A DNA stretch of 64,000 bases from Candidatus Corynebacterium intestinavium. GTDB lineage: Bacteria; Actinomycetota; Actinomycetes; Mycobacteriales; Mycobacteriaceae. How positions within the stretch are numbered: the stretch's first letter is position 1; each line of letters starts with the position of its first letter. The translations under genes were made by a program, and so were the position numbers. This document shows, piece by piece, positions 9,879-20,614 of the stretch. The notes under the pieces are model-generated. The model saw nothing but the letters and a program-made list of their open reading frames with translations. It did no database searches and was not told where the DNA came from. The stretch covers positions 1,667-65,666 of the forward strand of contig DWUR01000100.1 in the NCBI GenBank assembly GCA_019120635.1, given 5' to 3'.

Positions 9879-9995
9879 GTTGCTGTGGCTCAGGTGGGGC
9901 TGTTGGTCTTTGGTGTTGCTGTGACTCGGGTGCTGCGTGGAATCGGTTGCTGTTGCTCGTCGTTCCCCGCGCCCTTCGAGGTTCCGCTGTGGCTT
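9879..9995. repeat. Four spaced copies of a 13-bp motif (GTTGCTGTGGCTC consensus) in the prpD-prpC gap
   Basis: 9879 GTTGCTGTGGCTC, 9915 GTTGCTGTGACTC, 9946 GTTGCTGTTGCTC, 9983 TCCGCTGTGGCTT. Confidence 0.7.
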
Positions 9996-11517
9996 AGAAG
10001 ATGCCCCGCGGGGTCTGTGGCGCGCGGGCCAGGGTGTCCGCCGAGAATCGGATGTTGAGCTCCCCGAAGTCCGCAGCGCTCATCGACGGCAGGTTTTCGG
10101 CTGCCTCCAGGAAGCGGTTCTGTTCCGCCTCGTCGATGACGCCCTCCGCCAGGGTCCGGAACTTTTCGACGTAGTTGGCGCGCTCGAAGGGACGCTCGCC
10201 CAACGGGTGCGCGTCGGCGACGGCGAGCTCGTCCTCAATGACGGTGCCGTCCTTCAGGGTGATCACCGCGCGTGCTCCGAAGGCCTTCTCCGCGGGGTCC
10301 TCGGAGTGGTAGCGGCGGGTCCACTCCGGGTCCTCCACCGTGGAGATCTTCCGCCACAGCTCGATGGTCTCCGGCCGCTGCGCCCGCTCCGGGGCGTAGC
10401 TGTGCTCGTGGTGCCACGTGCCGTCCTCGAGAGCCACGGCGAAGATGTACATCACCGAGTGGTCGAGGGTCTCGCGCGAGGCGTGCGGGTTGAACTTCTG
10501 TGGGTCTCCGGAGCCGGTGCCGATGACGTAGTGCGTGTGGTGGCTGGTGTGCAGCACGATGGATTCGATCTGGCTCAGGTCACCGACCTGATCGCGCATG
10601 CGCCGGGCCAGGTCGATGGGTGCCTGGGACTGGTACTCGGCGGAGTGCTCCTTGGTATAGGTGTCCATGATCCCGCGCTTGGGCTCCCCCGGCTCCGGCA
10701 GCGGAACCGTGTACTCGCCCTCCGGCCCGTCCAGGAGCCAGGCGATCACGCCGTCCTCGCCCTCCCAGATCGGGGCGGGCGCGCCCTCTCCGCGCAGTGC
10801 ACGGTCAACGGCCTCGATGCCCATCTTCCCGGCAAAGGCTGGTGCGTGTGCCTTCCAGCTGGAGATCTCACCCTTGCGGGACTGGCGGGTCGCGGTCGTG
10901 GTGTGCAGCGCCTGGCCGATGGCCTGGTAGGTCTGCTCCGTATCCAGCGACAGCAGGGTCCCCAGGCCCGCAGCCACACCCGGGCCAAGGTGGGCCACGT
11001 GGTCGATCTTGTGCTTATGCAGGCAGATTCCCTTTACGAGGTTGACCTGGGTCTCGTAGGCGGTGGTGATCCCCCGAACCACGTCCTTGCCGCTCAGCCC
11101 CAGGTCCGCACCGCGGTGCTGGGCGACCGCGAGCACGGCGGGGATGTTATCCCCTGGGTGGGAGTAGTCCGCAGCCAGGAAGGTGTCGTGGAAGTCCAGC
11201 TCTCGCACCGCCACCCCGTTGGCCCAGGCCGCCCACTCCGGGGAGACCCTTTCTTCGACCCCGAAGACGGTCGCGCCCTCCCCCTGCAGCGGACGGCCGA
11301 CCGAGAGGGCCTGGGCGCGGGCAGAAGATACCGGGCGGCGCAGCACCGAGGCCACCGCGACGGCAGCGTTATCGATGACGCGGTTGACGACCATCTCCTC
11401 GACGTCCTCGTCGACGGCGACGGGGTCGGCGGCCATCGTCGCGATCTTCCAGGCCAGATGTTCCTCCCTGGGGAACTCTTCGGCAGACTTTCGGGTACGG
11501 ACAACGTGGTTTTTCAC
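9994..11517 (-). CDS. prpD: 2-methylcitrate dehydratase (MmgE/PrpD family)
   Basis: [47 protein letters not shown] 11517 follows a GAGGAGG RBS. Confidence 0.95.
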   Translation of the reverse strand: MKNHVVRTRKSAEEFPREEHLAWKIATMAADPVAVDEDVEEMVVNRVIDNAAVAVASVLRRPVSSARAQALSVGRPLQGEGATVFGVEERVSPEWAAWANGVAVRELDFHDTFLAADYSHPGDNIPAVLAVAQHRGADLGLSGKDVVRGITTAYETQVNLVKGICLHKHKIDHVAHLGPGVAAGLGTLLSLDTEQTYQAIGQALHTTTATRQSRKGEISSWKAHAPAFAGKMGIEAVDRALRGEGAPAPIWEGEDGVIAWLLDGPEGEYTVPLPEPGEPKRGIMDTYTKEHSAEYQSQAPIDLARRMRDQVGDLSQIESIVLHTSHHTHYVIGTGSGDPQKFNPHASRETLDHSVMYIFAVALEDGTWHHEHSYAPERAQRPETIELWRKISTVEDPEWTRRYHSEDPAEKAFGARAVITLKDGTVIEDELAVADAHPLGERPFERANYVEKFRTLAEGVIDEAEQNRFLEAAENLPSMSAADFGELNIRFSADTLARAPQTPRGIF

Positions 11518-11755
11518 TATGAGCCTCCTCACAACTCCTTAGCTTGGCGAAAATAATAGACTGCATAGCGGACACGCGAAGCGCTTTCCCAAAGCCAGTG
11601 AGTGAGAGAATTCATAGTTGGCTTGTGAGAGCACGTCAGCCCCACCCCAGTTCAGAAGAGCTTGAGCGAAACACCGCGCGCCAGGTAACAATTCAACAAC
11701 AAATAGCGGTAGGGTGATGAGTTCAAAGAAGACCCAAATTGGAGGAGTTAACGTC

Positions 11756-13591
11756 GTGACGGCCAAGACGGATCAGGTGTCGAGCGCGCCAGCTGAAGAT
11801 GCTGCTGCGACGGCGAGCTCCGAGGGCATCACCCCCATCAAGAAGGTGATGATCGCCAACCGCGGCGAAATCGCGATCCGCATCATCCGCGCCGCACAGG
11901 ACGAGGGCATCGCCTCCGTCGCGGTCTACGCCGAGCCGGATGCCGATGCCCCGTACGTCCGCATGGCCGACGAGGCCTTCGCGCTGGGTGGGCAGACCTC
12001 CGCCGAGAGCTACCTGAACATCGACAAGCTGATCGCCGTGGCCAAGGAGTCCGGCGCCGATGCCGTCCACCCCGGCTATGGCTTCCTCGCAGAGAACGCG
12101 GACTTCGCCCGCGCCGTTATCGACGCTGGCCTGAACTGGATCGGCCCGCCGCCGGAGGCCATCGACCGCCTCGGCGACAAGGTCACCGCACGCCAGATCG
12201 CCGCGATGGTGGACGCCCCCATGACACCGGGTACGAAGCACCCAGTCTCCAGCGCCGCCGAGGTCGAGGAGTTCGCCAAGGAACACGGCCTCCCGGTCGC
12301 GGTGAAGGCCTCCTTCGGTGGCGGTGGCCGCGGCATGAAGGTCGCCTACACGATGGAGGAGATCCCGGATCTCTTCGACTCCGCCACCCGCGAGGCCATC
12401 GCAGCCTTCGGCCGTGGCGAGTGCTTCGTCGAGCGCTACCTCGACCGCGCTCGCCACGTGGAGGCGCAGGTCATGGCCGATAAGCACGGCAACGTCTTGG
12501 TCGCCTCCACCCGCGACTGCTCCACGCAGCGCCGCTTCCAGAAGCTCATCGAGGAAGCCCCGGCCCCGTTCCTGACCGCCGAGCAGAATCGCCGGATCTA
12601 CGAATCCGCCGAGGAGATCTGCCGCGCCGCGGGCTACCAGGGCGCGGGCACCGTGGAGTACCTGGTTGGTTCCGACGGCCTGGTCAGCTTCCTGGAGGTC
12701 AACACCCGCCTGCAGGTCGAGCACCCCGTCACCGAGGAAATCACCGGCTGGGACCTGGTGCGCGAGCAGTTCCGCATCGCAGAAGGCCGCCCGCTGTCCC
12801 GAACGAGCCGCCCGACGCTGCGTGGCCACGCCATCGAGTTCCGCATCAACGGCGAGGACGCAGCCAATAACTTCATGCCGAACCCGGGCATGGTCACCGG
12901 CTACCGTGAGCCCTCAGGCCCTGGTGTGCGCATGGACTCCGGCATCGAGGAGGGCGCCGTCATCGGTGGCCAGTTCGACTCCATGCTGGCCAAGCTCATC
13001 GTGTGGGGCGAGGACCGCGAGCAGGCCATTGCCCGCTCGAAGCGTGCACTGCGGGAGTTCCAGGTTGCTGGCCTGCCGACGGTCATCCCCTTCTTCCAGC
13101 AGATGCTGAACAACCCGGACTTCACCGCGGAGGATGGCTTCAAGGTCTACACCCGCTGGATCGAAGAGGAATGGGACGGCTCCCTGCCCGAGGCCGCCGA
13201 GGATGCGTCTGCAGCGGCGGGCGGCGAGGAGAAGCTGCCTCGCCAGCGCGTCACCGTCGAGGTGGAGGGCCGCCGCGTGGAAATCACCGTCCCGGGTGAG
13301 CTGATGGCCGCCGGCGGCCGCACGAAGCGGGCCCCTCGCCGCCGCGCCGCCGCGGGCGAGGCCGCCATCACCGGTGATACCGTGGCTGCCCCGATGCAGG
13401 GCACGATCGTGAAGATCGAGGTCTCGGAGGGCCAGCGCGTCGCCGAGGGCGATACCCTGCTGGTGCTGGAGGCCATGAAGATGGAAAACGCCCTGCAGGC
13501 GCACAAGTCGGGGGTGGTCACCGGACTCGCTATCGCCCCGGGCGATAGCGTGACGAAGAACCAGGCGCTCTTCGAGATTCTCGACGACTAG
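11756..13591 (+). CDS. accBC: Acyl-CoA carboxylase alpha subunit (biotin carboxylase + BCCP)
   Basis: [40 protein letters not shown], biotinylation motif EAMKME; GTG 11756 follows GGAGGAG. Confidence 0.96.
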   Translation: MTAKTDQVSSAPAEDAAATASSEGITPIKKVMIANRGEIAIRIIRAAQDEGIASVAVYAEPDADAPYVRMADEAFALGGQTSAESYLNIDKLIAVAKESGADAVHPGYGFLAENADFARAVIDAGLNWIGPPPEAIDRLGDKVTARQIAAMVDAPMTPGTKHPVSSAAEVEEFAKEHGLPVAVKASFGGGGRGMKVAYTMEEIPDLFDSATREAIAAFGRGECFVERYLDRARHVEAQVMADKHGNVLVASTRDCSTQRRFQKLIEEAPAPFLTAEQNRRIYESAEEICRAAGYQGAGTVEYLVGSDGLVSFLEVNTRLQVEHPVTEEITGWDLVREQFRIAEGRPLSRTSRPTLRGHAIEFRINGEDAANNFMPNPGMVTGYREPSGPGVRMDSGIEEGAVIGGQFDSMLAKLIVWGEDREQAIARSKRALREFQVAGLPTVIPFFQQMLNNPDFTAEDGFKVYTRWIEEEWDGSLPEAAEDASAAAGGEEKLPRQRVTVEVEGRRVEITVPGELMAAGGRTKRAPRRRAAAGEAAITGDTVAAPMQGTIVKIEVSEGQRVAEGDTLLVLEAMKMENALQAHKSGVVTGLAIAPGDSVTKNQALFEILDD

Positions 13592-13625
13592 CGCCCCTTC
13601 TACCCAGCTCCCGCCCTCTTCCGCA

Positions 13626-13670
13626 CTGCCGTTCCCGACTCCTTCGACGCTGCCGTTCCCGACTCCTTCG
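13626..13670. repeat. 21-bp direct repeat, 24-bp period
   Basis: CTGCCGTTCCCGACTCCTTCG at 13626 and 13650, just after the accBC stop. Confidence 0.85.
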
Positions 13671-13906
13671 GCAGAGTATCGCCAGGCGCCACAGGGAGCT
13701 AGATCGAGGGTTGCTTACCCACCGGCACCGGCGTCTGTTTAGAATGGATTAGTAGATCTGGTCCACGCCGGGGGTCACCCATACCCCAGCGATGAGGCCT
13801 GGCCTATGCCTAGGGGCGGCGCTCCTGGCTGCGAACGTGGCTTTGAGTTCGCGGTGCGGTTCGCTTACTCCCGGTACCCACCCTGTTTTGCGGAGTTTCA
13901 AGAGCT

Positions 13907-14485
13907 ATGACCGATAACCACCTTCAGCCCGAGGACCAGCCGGACCTGGTGACCGACAAGCCAACCGAGGCAGAAGAGCACGACCGCGACACGCGACGGG
14001 TCTCCCCCAAGTTGCTGGGAATCATCGGCGCCGTGTTCCTGGTCATCGGCGCGATCACGTGGATCGTCAGCCTCTCCTCCGTCAAGGGCTTCTCCGAAGA
14101 CCACCCCACCGCAGTGAAGGCGGACACCTCCTACTACCTGCTCGCCGATGAGGACGCCCTCGAGGCCACCGCCTGCGGTTTCTTTGGCCCCGGCAGCAAG
14201 CCCATCCACGACAAGGTCAAGGACCTGGAGGACCTCACCGACGAGGACGTCAAGATCAAGGACATCTCCCTGCCGTTCTCCAAGGTCAAGGGAGTGTACG
14301 CCCGGGTGGAGTTCACCGAGAACATCCAGGGCGCGCACATCGCGTGCAACGAGGGGAAGAACTACATCTCCACCAAGTCCGGCGGCTCGCTGAATACCCT
14401 CCGCTGGATCTCGATGATCGGCGTGGGCAGCGGTATCGCACTGCTCGTCGTGTCCGCAGTTCTCCGCGGCCGGGAAAATCGCTAG
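13907..14485 (+). CDS. Hypothetical membrane protein (2 TM flanking an extracytoplasmic domain with two Cys)
   Basis: High-GC3 codon usage; N- and C-terminal hydrophobic helices; 18 bp upstream of glpK. Confidence 0.75.
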   Translation: MTDNHLQPEDQPDLVTDKPTEAEEHDRDTRRVSPKLLGIIGAVFLVIGAITWIVSLSSVKGFSEDHPTAVKADTSYYLLADEDALEATACGFFGPGSKPIHDKVKDLEDLTDEDVKIKDISLPFSKVKGVYARVEFTENIQGAHIACNEGKNYISTKSGGSLNTLRWISMIGVGSGIALLVVSAVLRGRENR

Positions 14486-14503
14486 GTCCCGCAGCCGCAC
14501 ACG

Positions 14504-16129
14504 ATGGACACTCTCGCGAATCAGTTTTCCAACCAGGTCGCTGAGCAATACGCCCGCCTCACCAACTCCCGTCGGGGATTCGTCCTCTCCATCGACCAGG
14601 GGACGACCTCCACGCGCTGCATCATTTTCGACGGTCGCGGGGAGATCGCGAGCCGCAGCCAGCTGCCACACGAGCAGATCTTCCCGCACCCGGGCTGGGT
14701 GGAGCACGACCCAGAGGAGATCCGGCTCAATATCCGCCGCGTCATAGCCGACGCGGCCGCCTCCGAGGACACCACCCCGGAGGAGATCGCGGCCGTCGGC
14801 ATCACCAATCAGCGCGAAACCACGGTGATCTGGGACCGGGCCACGGGCGAGCCGATCTACAACGCGATCGTCTGGCAGGACACCCGCACCTCCGACCTCG
14901 TCGACGCTCTCACCGACGAGGAGCAGGAGCTTATCCAAGAACGCACCGGCCTGCCGCCGTCGACGTACTTCGCGGCGTCGAAGATCCGCTGGGTCCTGGA
15001 CAACGTGGACGGCGCCCGCGAGCGCGCAGAACGCGGCGAGTTGGCCTTCGGCACCATCGACACCTGGGTGATCTGGGAACTGACCCGCTCCTCCCGCTCC
15101 CGTTCCGCGGACCGTTCCGGTCGCCGTTCCGGGGCCAAGGCAGGACGCCAGCGCGCCAAGCACGTCACCGACGTCACGAACGCCTCCCGCACCATGCTGA
15201 TGGACCTGTCCACCCAGCAGTGGGACGAGGAACTCTGCAAGATCTGGGACATCCCGATGTCCCTGCTGCCGGAGATCGTCTCCTCCAGCGAGGTCATCGG
15301 GCGGGTGCGCCGCTCCGGCCCGGTGCAGGGCGTGCCGATCGCGGGGATCCTCGGCGATCAGCAGGCCGCCGCCTTCGGGCAGGCCTGCCTGGAACCGGGC
15401 GACGCGAAGTCCACCTATGGCACGGGCAGCTTCCTGCTGCTCAACACCGGGGACGAGCCGCAGCGCAGCAAGCACGGGCTGATCACCACCATCGCCTACC
15501 GGCTGGGCAATCAGCCGCCGAAGTACGCGCTGGAGGGATCCATCGCGGTGACCGGCTCGCTGGTGCAGTGGCTCAGCGACTCCCTGGGCTTCTTCAACAC
15601 CGCCGACGAGATCGAGCCCCTCGCCCGCTCCGTGGACGACAACGGCGGCTGCTACGTGGTCCCCGCCTTCTCCGGGCTGCTCGCGCCCCGCTGGCGCCCC
15701 GAGGCTCGCGGGGTGATCACGGGGCTGACCCGCTATGTCACGAAGGCTCACATCGCGCGCGCCGCCCTGGAGGCCACCGCCTTCCAGACCCGGGAGGTCG
15801 TCGAGGCGATGAACGCGGACTCCGGCGTCCCACTGACCAGCCTGAAAGCCGACGGCGGCATGGTGGAAAACAACCTGCTGATGCAGTTCCAGGCCGACCA
15901 GCTGGGCGTGAGCGTCACGATCCCGAAGATCACGGAGACTACCTGCCTGGGTGCGGCCTATGCCGCGGGCCTCGCGGTGGGATTCTTCCGAGATGAGGAG
16001 GAAATCCGGCGGCTGTGGCAGGAGGAGCACACCTTCACCCCGCGGGCATCCGAGGAGGAACGGGACGAGCTCTACCGCATGTGGAATAAGGCTGTGGAAC
16101 GCACCTTCGGCTGGGCCACGAAAGCGTAG
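14504..16129 (+). CDS. glpK: Glycerol kinase
   Basis: SIDQGTTSTRC, GWVEHDP, GITNQRETT, WQDTRT, TDVTNASRT, GDQQAA, YALEGS, PAFSGL, DGG. Confidence 0.96.
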   Translation: MDTLANQFSNQVAEQYARLTNSRRGFVLSIDQGTTSTRCIIFDGRGEIASRSQLPHEQIFPHPGWVEHDPEEIRLNIRRVIADAAASEDTTPEEIAAVGITNQRETTVIWDRATGEPIYNAIVWQDTRTSDLVDALTDEEQELIQERTGLPPSTYFAASKIRWVLDNVDGARERAERGELAFGTIDTWVIWELTRSSRSRSADRSGRRSGAKAGRQRAKHVTDVTNASRTMLMDLSTQQWDEELCKIWDIPMSLLPEIVSSSEVIGRVRRSGPVQGVPIAGILGDQQAAAFGQACLEPGDAKSTYGTGSFLLLNTGDEPQRSKHGLITTIAYRLGNQPPKYALEGSIAVTGSLVQWLSDSLGFFNTADEIEPLARSVDDNGGCYVVPAFSGLLAPRWRPEARGVITGLTRYVTKAHIARAALEATAFQTREVVEAMNADSGVPLTSLKADGGMVENNLLMQFQADQLGVSVTIPKITETTCLGAAYAAGLAVGFFRDEEEIRRLWQEEHTFTPRASEEERDELYRMWNKAVERTFGWATKA

Positions 16130-16138
16130 GCTCGGTAT

Positions 16139-16696
16139 ATGACTTTTTCGAATGACTCGCAGAACCGGCCGGGGGCACACGGTTCGCGGCCCGATCCCCG
16201 AAGCGCTGTCCGCATCGGAAATAAGGAGCGCGAGGAGGCCATGGACCTGCTCTCGAAGCACCTCGAGGCAGGCCGGCTAGACATTTCAGAGTACGACGAC
16301 CGCTGCCGCCACATCGCCAATGCGAGGGTCCACGGCGAGCTTTCGGAGGTCTTCCTGGACCTCCCCCGCATCCCACGCGGCGACCAGGCGCAGCAATCGC
16401 AGGTGGTTGCGGTGCCCGGCTATGGGCAGCTGGTGTACACCGCCGAGGAGGTCGCCGTGGCCTCCAAGCGGGGCCGCAATATCCGGGGCGGAATCATGGC
16501 GCTTTCCGTGGTCAGCGCACTCATGCTGACCACCGTGTCGGGTTTGTTCATGTGGATCATCCCCGTCGTGGCGATCCTGCTGTACATGCTCAAGATTGGC
16601 CCGGATTCCTGGTACATGCCGACGAATCGGCAGCTCGAGCGCGAACAGCGCCACGCCGTTCGCCAGCTACGCCAGCAGCGCCGCCTGAACCGCTAA
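16139..16696 (+). CDS. DUF1707 (SHOCT-like) domain membrane protein
   Basis: RIGNKEREEAMDLLSKHLEAGRLDISEYDDR matches DUF1707; C-terminal TM hairpin. Confidence 0.85.
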   Translation: MTFSNDSQNRPGAHGSRPDPRSAVRIGNKEREEAMDLLSKHLEAGRLDISEYDDRCRHIANARVHGELSEVFLDLPRIPRGDQAQQSQVVAVPGYGQLVYTAEEVAVASKRGRNIRGGIMALSVVSALMLTTVSGLFMWIIPVVAILLYMLKIGPDSWYMPTNRQLEREQRHAVRQLRQQRRLNR

Positions 16697-16806
16697 TACT
16701 GCCCCATGGGTTGATGCTCCCCCGGCGTTCCGAGGCACTGCCTCTAGCGGACTCCGCCCACCACCCGCGCCGTCTCCCGGGCTAGGAGTACAGCGCGGGG
16801 ATCCAG

Positions 16807-18018
16807 TTAGGGACGGAACTGGTCGATGACCCCGGCGAAGAGCCGCACACCGATGCCCAGGGCGCGCTCGTCAAAGATGATATTCGGCCGGTGCAGGTCC
16901 GGCTTGTCCCCTTCGCCGGTCCACGTGCCCAGGCGCGCCATCGAGCCCGGCACGTGCTCCAGGTACCAGGAGAAATCCTCCCCGCCACTGGACTGCGGGG
17001 CCTCCACCAGGGCGTGCGGATCGACGTTGCGCACGGACTGCGCGAGCAACGCGGTCGCGACGTCGTCGTTGGTCACCGGCGGCACGCCCTTCGTGTAGTG
17101 CAGCCCCGCGGTCGCACCCGTCGGGGCGACAATCTCGTCCAGCAGCTCGCGGACGATCGCCTCGCTCTCCCGCCAGACCCCGACCTCGGCGGTACGGAAG
17201 GACCCGACGAGGCGGACCTCCTCAGGAATCGCGTTGAAGGCCTGCCCACCGTGGACCGAACCGAAGGCAGCGACGGTTCCGCTGCGCGGGTCCACCCGCC
17301 TGCTCAGCAGCTGCGGCAGCATCGTGACGACCAGGCCAGCGGCGTTGATGAGATCCGCCGTCAGGTGCGGGCGCGAGGTGTGGCCACCGGGGCCGCGCAG
17401 GACGATCTCCATGACATCCGTGGCGGAGGTGATCGCGCCCACGCGCACGCCGATCTGCCCGCAGCGCAGCTTCGGCTCGCAGTGCACCGCGAAGATTTGG
17501 TTCACACCGCGCAGGGCGCCGGCCGCGATGACGTCCTTGGCCCCACCGTCCAGAACCTCCTCAGCGGGCTGGAAGATGCCGCGCACCCGCACGCTCAGGG
17601 CGTCCTCGCCGTACTCTTCGACGTAGGCAGCCAGGGCGACCATGAGCCCCAGCAGGATGGTGGTGTGCATGTCGTGGCCGCAGGCGTGCATCACGCCGGG
17701 CACGGTGGAGCTGAAGTCCAGGCCGGTGGTTTCGGTGACCGGCAGGGCGTCGATGTCCCCGCGGAAGGCGATCATCGGTGCAGTGTCGGGACCGATGTCG
17801 ACGATGGCTCCCTTGCAGGTCATCTCCTGCGGTGTAAGGCCGGCGTCGCGGAGGATTCCCATGATGAAGGCGGTGGTGCCGTCCTCCATGTGGGAGAGTT
17901 CCGGGTTCCGGTGCAGGTGGCGCCGCCACTGGATCAGACGGTCCACGTTCTCGTTCAGCCACAGGGTGACGAACTGAGTGAGATGGGCCGCCTCAGAGGT
18001 GGGTCCGCCGTGTTGCAC
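16807..18018 (-). CDS. M20 family amidohydrolase
   Basis: RRHLHRNPELS, RGDIDALP, MHACGHDMH, FQPAEE, GGEDFSWY, LHRP. Confidence 0.93.
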   Translation of the reverse strand: MQHGGPTSEAAHLTQFVTLWLNENVDRLIQWRRHLHRNPELSHMEDGTTAFIMGILRDAGLTPQEMTCKGAIVDIGPDTAPMIAFRGDIDALPVTETTGLDFSSTVPGVMHACGHDMHTTILLGLMVALAAYVEEYGEDALSVRVRGIFQPAEEVLDGGAKDVIAAGALRGVNQIFAVHCEPKLRCGQIGVRVGAITSATDVMEIVLRGPGGHTSRPHLTADLINAAGLVVTMLPQLLSRRVDPRSGTVAAFGSVHGGQAFNAIPEEVRLVGSFRTAEVGVWRESEAIVRELLDEIVAPTGATAGLHYTKGVPPVTNDDVATALLAQSVRNVDPHALVEAPQSSGGEDFSWYLEHVPGSMARLGTWTGEGDKPDLHRPNIIFDERALGIGVRLFAGVIDQFRP

Positions 18019-18161
18019 TGCATGCCTCCCGGCTTAAAGCCAATAATTGTCGATGTCTGCTGATTGTGGCGCCTCAAGACCGAGTTGTCTAGTTACGCCG
18101 CATAAAACACCATTCTATATGCCCACCCCTGTGGCGCGTGACTTCGCGGTAGCCTTGGGCC

Positions 18162-19010
18162 ATGTCTAGCCACAATGCGCAATCCTCGCCCGCTGAGTCG
18201 AATCCCGGGCAGGCCCCCTACGAGCTCGCGGAGCAGGCTGCCGCGGCGTTGCTGCAGAAGACTGGTTCTTCTGCTTTCGACGTCGCCATCGTCCTGGGTT
18301 CCGGTTGGCGACCAGCTGCGGACGTGGTCTGCGAGGCCGCGGAAAGCGAGGTCCAGGAGTTCCCGATGTCCGACCTGCCGGGCTTCCTGCCACCCACCGC
18401 AGAGGGCCACGGCGGCACCATTCGGGCGCTGCGCATCGGCGAGCGCAACGTGCTGATCCTGCTGGGTCGCACGCACGCCTACGAGGGCCATGAGCTGTGG
18501 CGGTGCGCGCACGCTGTGCGCACCGCTGCCGCCGCGGGGGTGAAGCAGGTCGTACTGACCAATGCCGCGGGCGGACTGACGGAGGGCATGTCTGTGGGCG
18601 AGCCGGTTTTGATCAGCGATCACATCAATTTCACGGCGAAGACCCCGCTGGTGGGCGCGAACTTCGTGAACCTGGTGGATGCGTACTCCCCCGAGCTGCG
18701 CGAGAAGGTCAAGGCCCTGCGCCCCGGCATTCGTGAGGCGGTGTACGCGATGATGCCGGGGCCGCAGTACGAGACCCCGGCGGAGATCCACATGCTGCGC
18801 ACCTTCGGGGTGGGCCTGGTGGGCATGTCCACGGTCTACGAGACAATCGCCGCCCGGGAGGCCGGCGTGGACGTGCTCGGCATCTCGCTGGTCACGAACC
18901 TGGCGGCGGGGGTGACCGGCGAGGCGCTGAATCACGAGGAGGTGCTGGCCGCCGGCCAGGCCGCGGCCCAGGAGATGGGTTCTCTGCTCGCGAGCGTGAT
19001 CCAGTCGTGA
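18162..19010 (+). CDS. punA: Purine-nucleoside phosphorylase (trimeric type)
   Basis: [50 protein letters not shown]. Confidence 0.95.
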   Translation: MSSHNAQSSPAESNPGQAPYELAEQAAAALLQKTGSSAFDVAIVLGSGWRPAADVVCEAAESEVQEFPMSDLPGFLPPTAEGHGGTIRALRIGERNVLILLGRTHAYEGHELWRCAHAVRTAAAAGVKQVVLTNAAGGLTEGMSVGEPVLISDHINFTAKTPLVGANFVNLVDAYSPELREKVKALRPGIREAVYAMMPGPQYETPAEIHMLRTFGVGLVGMSTVYETIAAREAGVDVLGISLVTNLAAGVTGEALNHEEVLAAGQAAAQEMGSLLASVIQS

Positions 19011-20614
19011 GCCCCTCCCCGCAGGAAACGATTCCAGCCCCGCAGGACAACAGTTCCGAACCGGGCCTGAGTTTCGGCACCGCGGGGCTGCGCGCCCCGG
19101 TGGGTGTGGGGCCGGACCGCATGAACGTCGCCACCGTCACCCGAGCGACCGCCGGGGTGGCCGACTGGCTCATCGCCCAGCACCCGGAGCGGCCCGCGGC
19201 TGATATCGCGGTCGCCGTGGCTCACGACGCCCGCTACGGTTCCGAGACCTTCGCGCGAGCCACCGCCGAGGTGTTCGCAGCCAAGGGGTTCACCGTCACC
19301 CTGCTGGGTGGCAACAACCCCACCCCGGTGCTGGCCTGGCTGGTGCGCGACCGGGGTCTGGACGCCGGCGTTCAGATCACCGCCTCGCACAACCCGAAGG
19401 GCGATAACGGTTACAAGCTGTACCTTTCTGGTGGCTCCCAGCTGGTCTCCCCCGCCGATCGCGAGATCGAGGCAGCCATCGCGGCCCAGCCGGTGGCCGA
19501 GGAGGTCGCCCGCTCCCGGAGCGTGCAGCTGGAGCTCGGCGCTTCCCAGGGCTACGAGGCCGCGATCAGTGGACCGGTTGTCAGCAGCGAGAACGCGGTG
19601 CTCAGCGCCCGGCGCTCCCTGACCATCGCCTATACCCCGATGCACGGGGTCGGCGGGGACACGCTGGAGTCCGTGCTGCAGGCCAATGGCTTCGCGGATA
19701 TCCACGCGGTGGCGGCACAGCGCTGGCCGGACCCGGAGTTCCCGAGCGTGGACTTCCCCAACCCGGAGGAGCCCGGCGCGACCGACCAGCTGCTCGCACT
19801 GGGTAAGGAGGTCGGCGCGGACCTGCTGATCGCGCTCGACCCGGATGCGGACCGCTGCATGATCGGCGTGCCCACCGGTAACGACCCGGCCTACCGGATG
19901 CTGAGCGGAAACGAGGCCGGCCCGCTGCTGGCCCGTCGCGTGCTCTCTGGCGTGGCGGCAGACGCCGCTGCCCCGCCGGTGGTCGCGACGACCTACGTCT
20001 CCTCCCAACTGCTGGGTGTGATGGCCCAGGCCAGCGGGTGGGAGTACGTGGAGACGAAGACTGGCTTCAAGCACCTGGCGCGCGCGGCGGAAGGTCGCCC
20101 AGGGGAGTTGGCTTTCGCCTACGAGGAGGCCATCGGCACCTGCCCGTCCCCCGGCATCGTCGCAGATAAGGACGGCATCGCCACCGCGTTGGTCGCGGCC
20201 GCCTGGGCGGCGGAGCTCGCCGCAGTTGGGCGGAGCCTGGCGGACGAGCTGGCGGCCATCGAGCAGGAGTTCGGTTGCTTCCGCTCCAGCCAGCTCTCGA
20301 TCCGCTTGGAGTCCATTGCTCAAGCCACGGACGTCATTAAAAAATTTGCGGCCGCACCGCCGGAAAACCTGGCGGGGGCCGCGATGAGCGCCGAGCTGCT
20401 GGGAGAGGAAGCCGCGGAGGGGCTGCGCCTGGTGGGTAATGCAGACGGTGTGGCGCTGCGGGTCGTCGCCCGACCGAGCGGGACGGAGCCGAAGGCGAAG
20501 TTCTACCTGGAGGCCGTGGGCGAGGCCGCGGGCCGCGAGCAGGTGGAGGCGGCGCTAGCGGCTCTCGAGGTCGATATTCCGCGGGCCGTAAAGGCGGTCG
20601 CCGGCGTCGCCTAG
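19007..20614 (+). CDS. Alpha-D-phosphohexomutase family protein (PmmB-like; possibly phosphopentomutase)
   Basis: FGTAGLR, phosphoserine loop ITASHNP, metal loop [26 protein letters not shown]; start overlaps the punA stop. Confidence 0.9.
   Translation: MSPSPQETIPAPQDNSSEPGLSFGTAGLRAPVGVGPDRMNVATVTRATAGVADWLIAQHPERPAADIAVAVAHDARYGSETFARATAEVFAAKGFTVTLLGGNNPTPVLAWLVRDRGLDAGVQITASHNPKGDNGYKLYLSGGSQLVSPADREIEAAIAAQPVAEEVARSRSVQLELGASQGYEAAISGPVVSSENAVLSARRSLTIAYTPMHGVGGDTLESVLQANGFADIHAVAAQRWPDPEFPSVDFPNPEEPGATDQLLALGKEVGADLLIALDPDADRCMIGVPTGNDPAYRMLSGNEAGPLLARRVLSGVAADAAAPPVVATTYVSSQLLGVMAQASGWEYVETKTGFKHLARAAEGRPGELAFAYEEAIGTCPSPGIVADKDGIATALVAAAWAAELAAVGRSLADELAAIEQEFGCFRSSQLSIRLESIAQATDVIKKFAAAPPENLAGAAMSAELLGEEAAEGLRLVGNADGVALRVVARPSGTEPKAKFYLEAVGEAAGREQVEAALAALEVDIPRAVKAVAGVA

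Noticed and set aside
9879-9995. CRISPR interpretation of the repeat-spacer pattern
   Set aside because: 13-bp repeats, 18-24 nt irregular spacers, no leader and no cas genes; kept only as a motif array
9937-11556. 539-aa plus-strand ORF over prpD, considered as a hidden prpB
   Set aside because: Exact antisense of prpD; no KKCGH or isocitrate-lyase-family motif
11685-11700. GTAACAATTCAACAAC as an MtrA-type site near accBC
   Set aside because: Only one half-site fits and accBC is not an expected target
13898-16261. 787-aa minus-strand ORF over the hypothetical gene and glpK
   Set aside because: Antisense shadow of two real plus-strand genes
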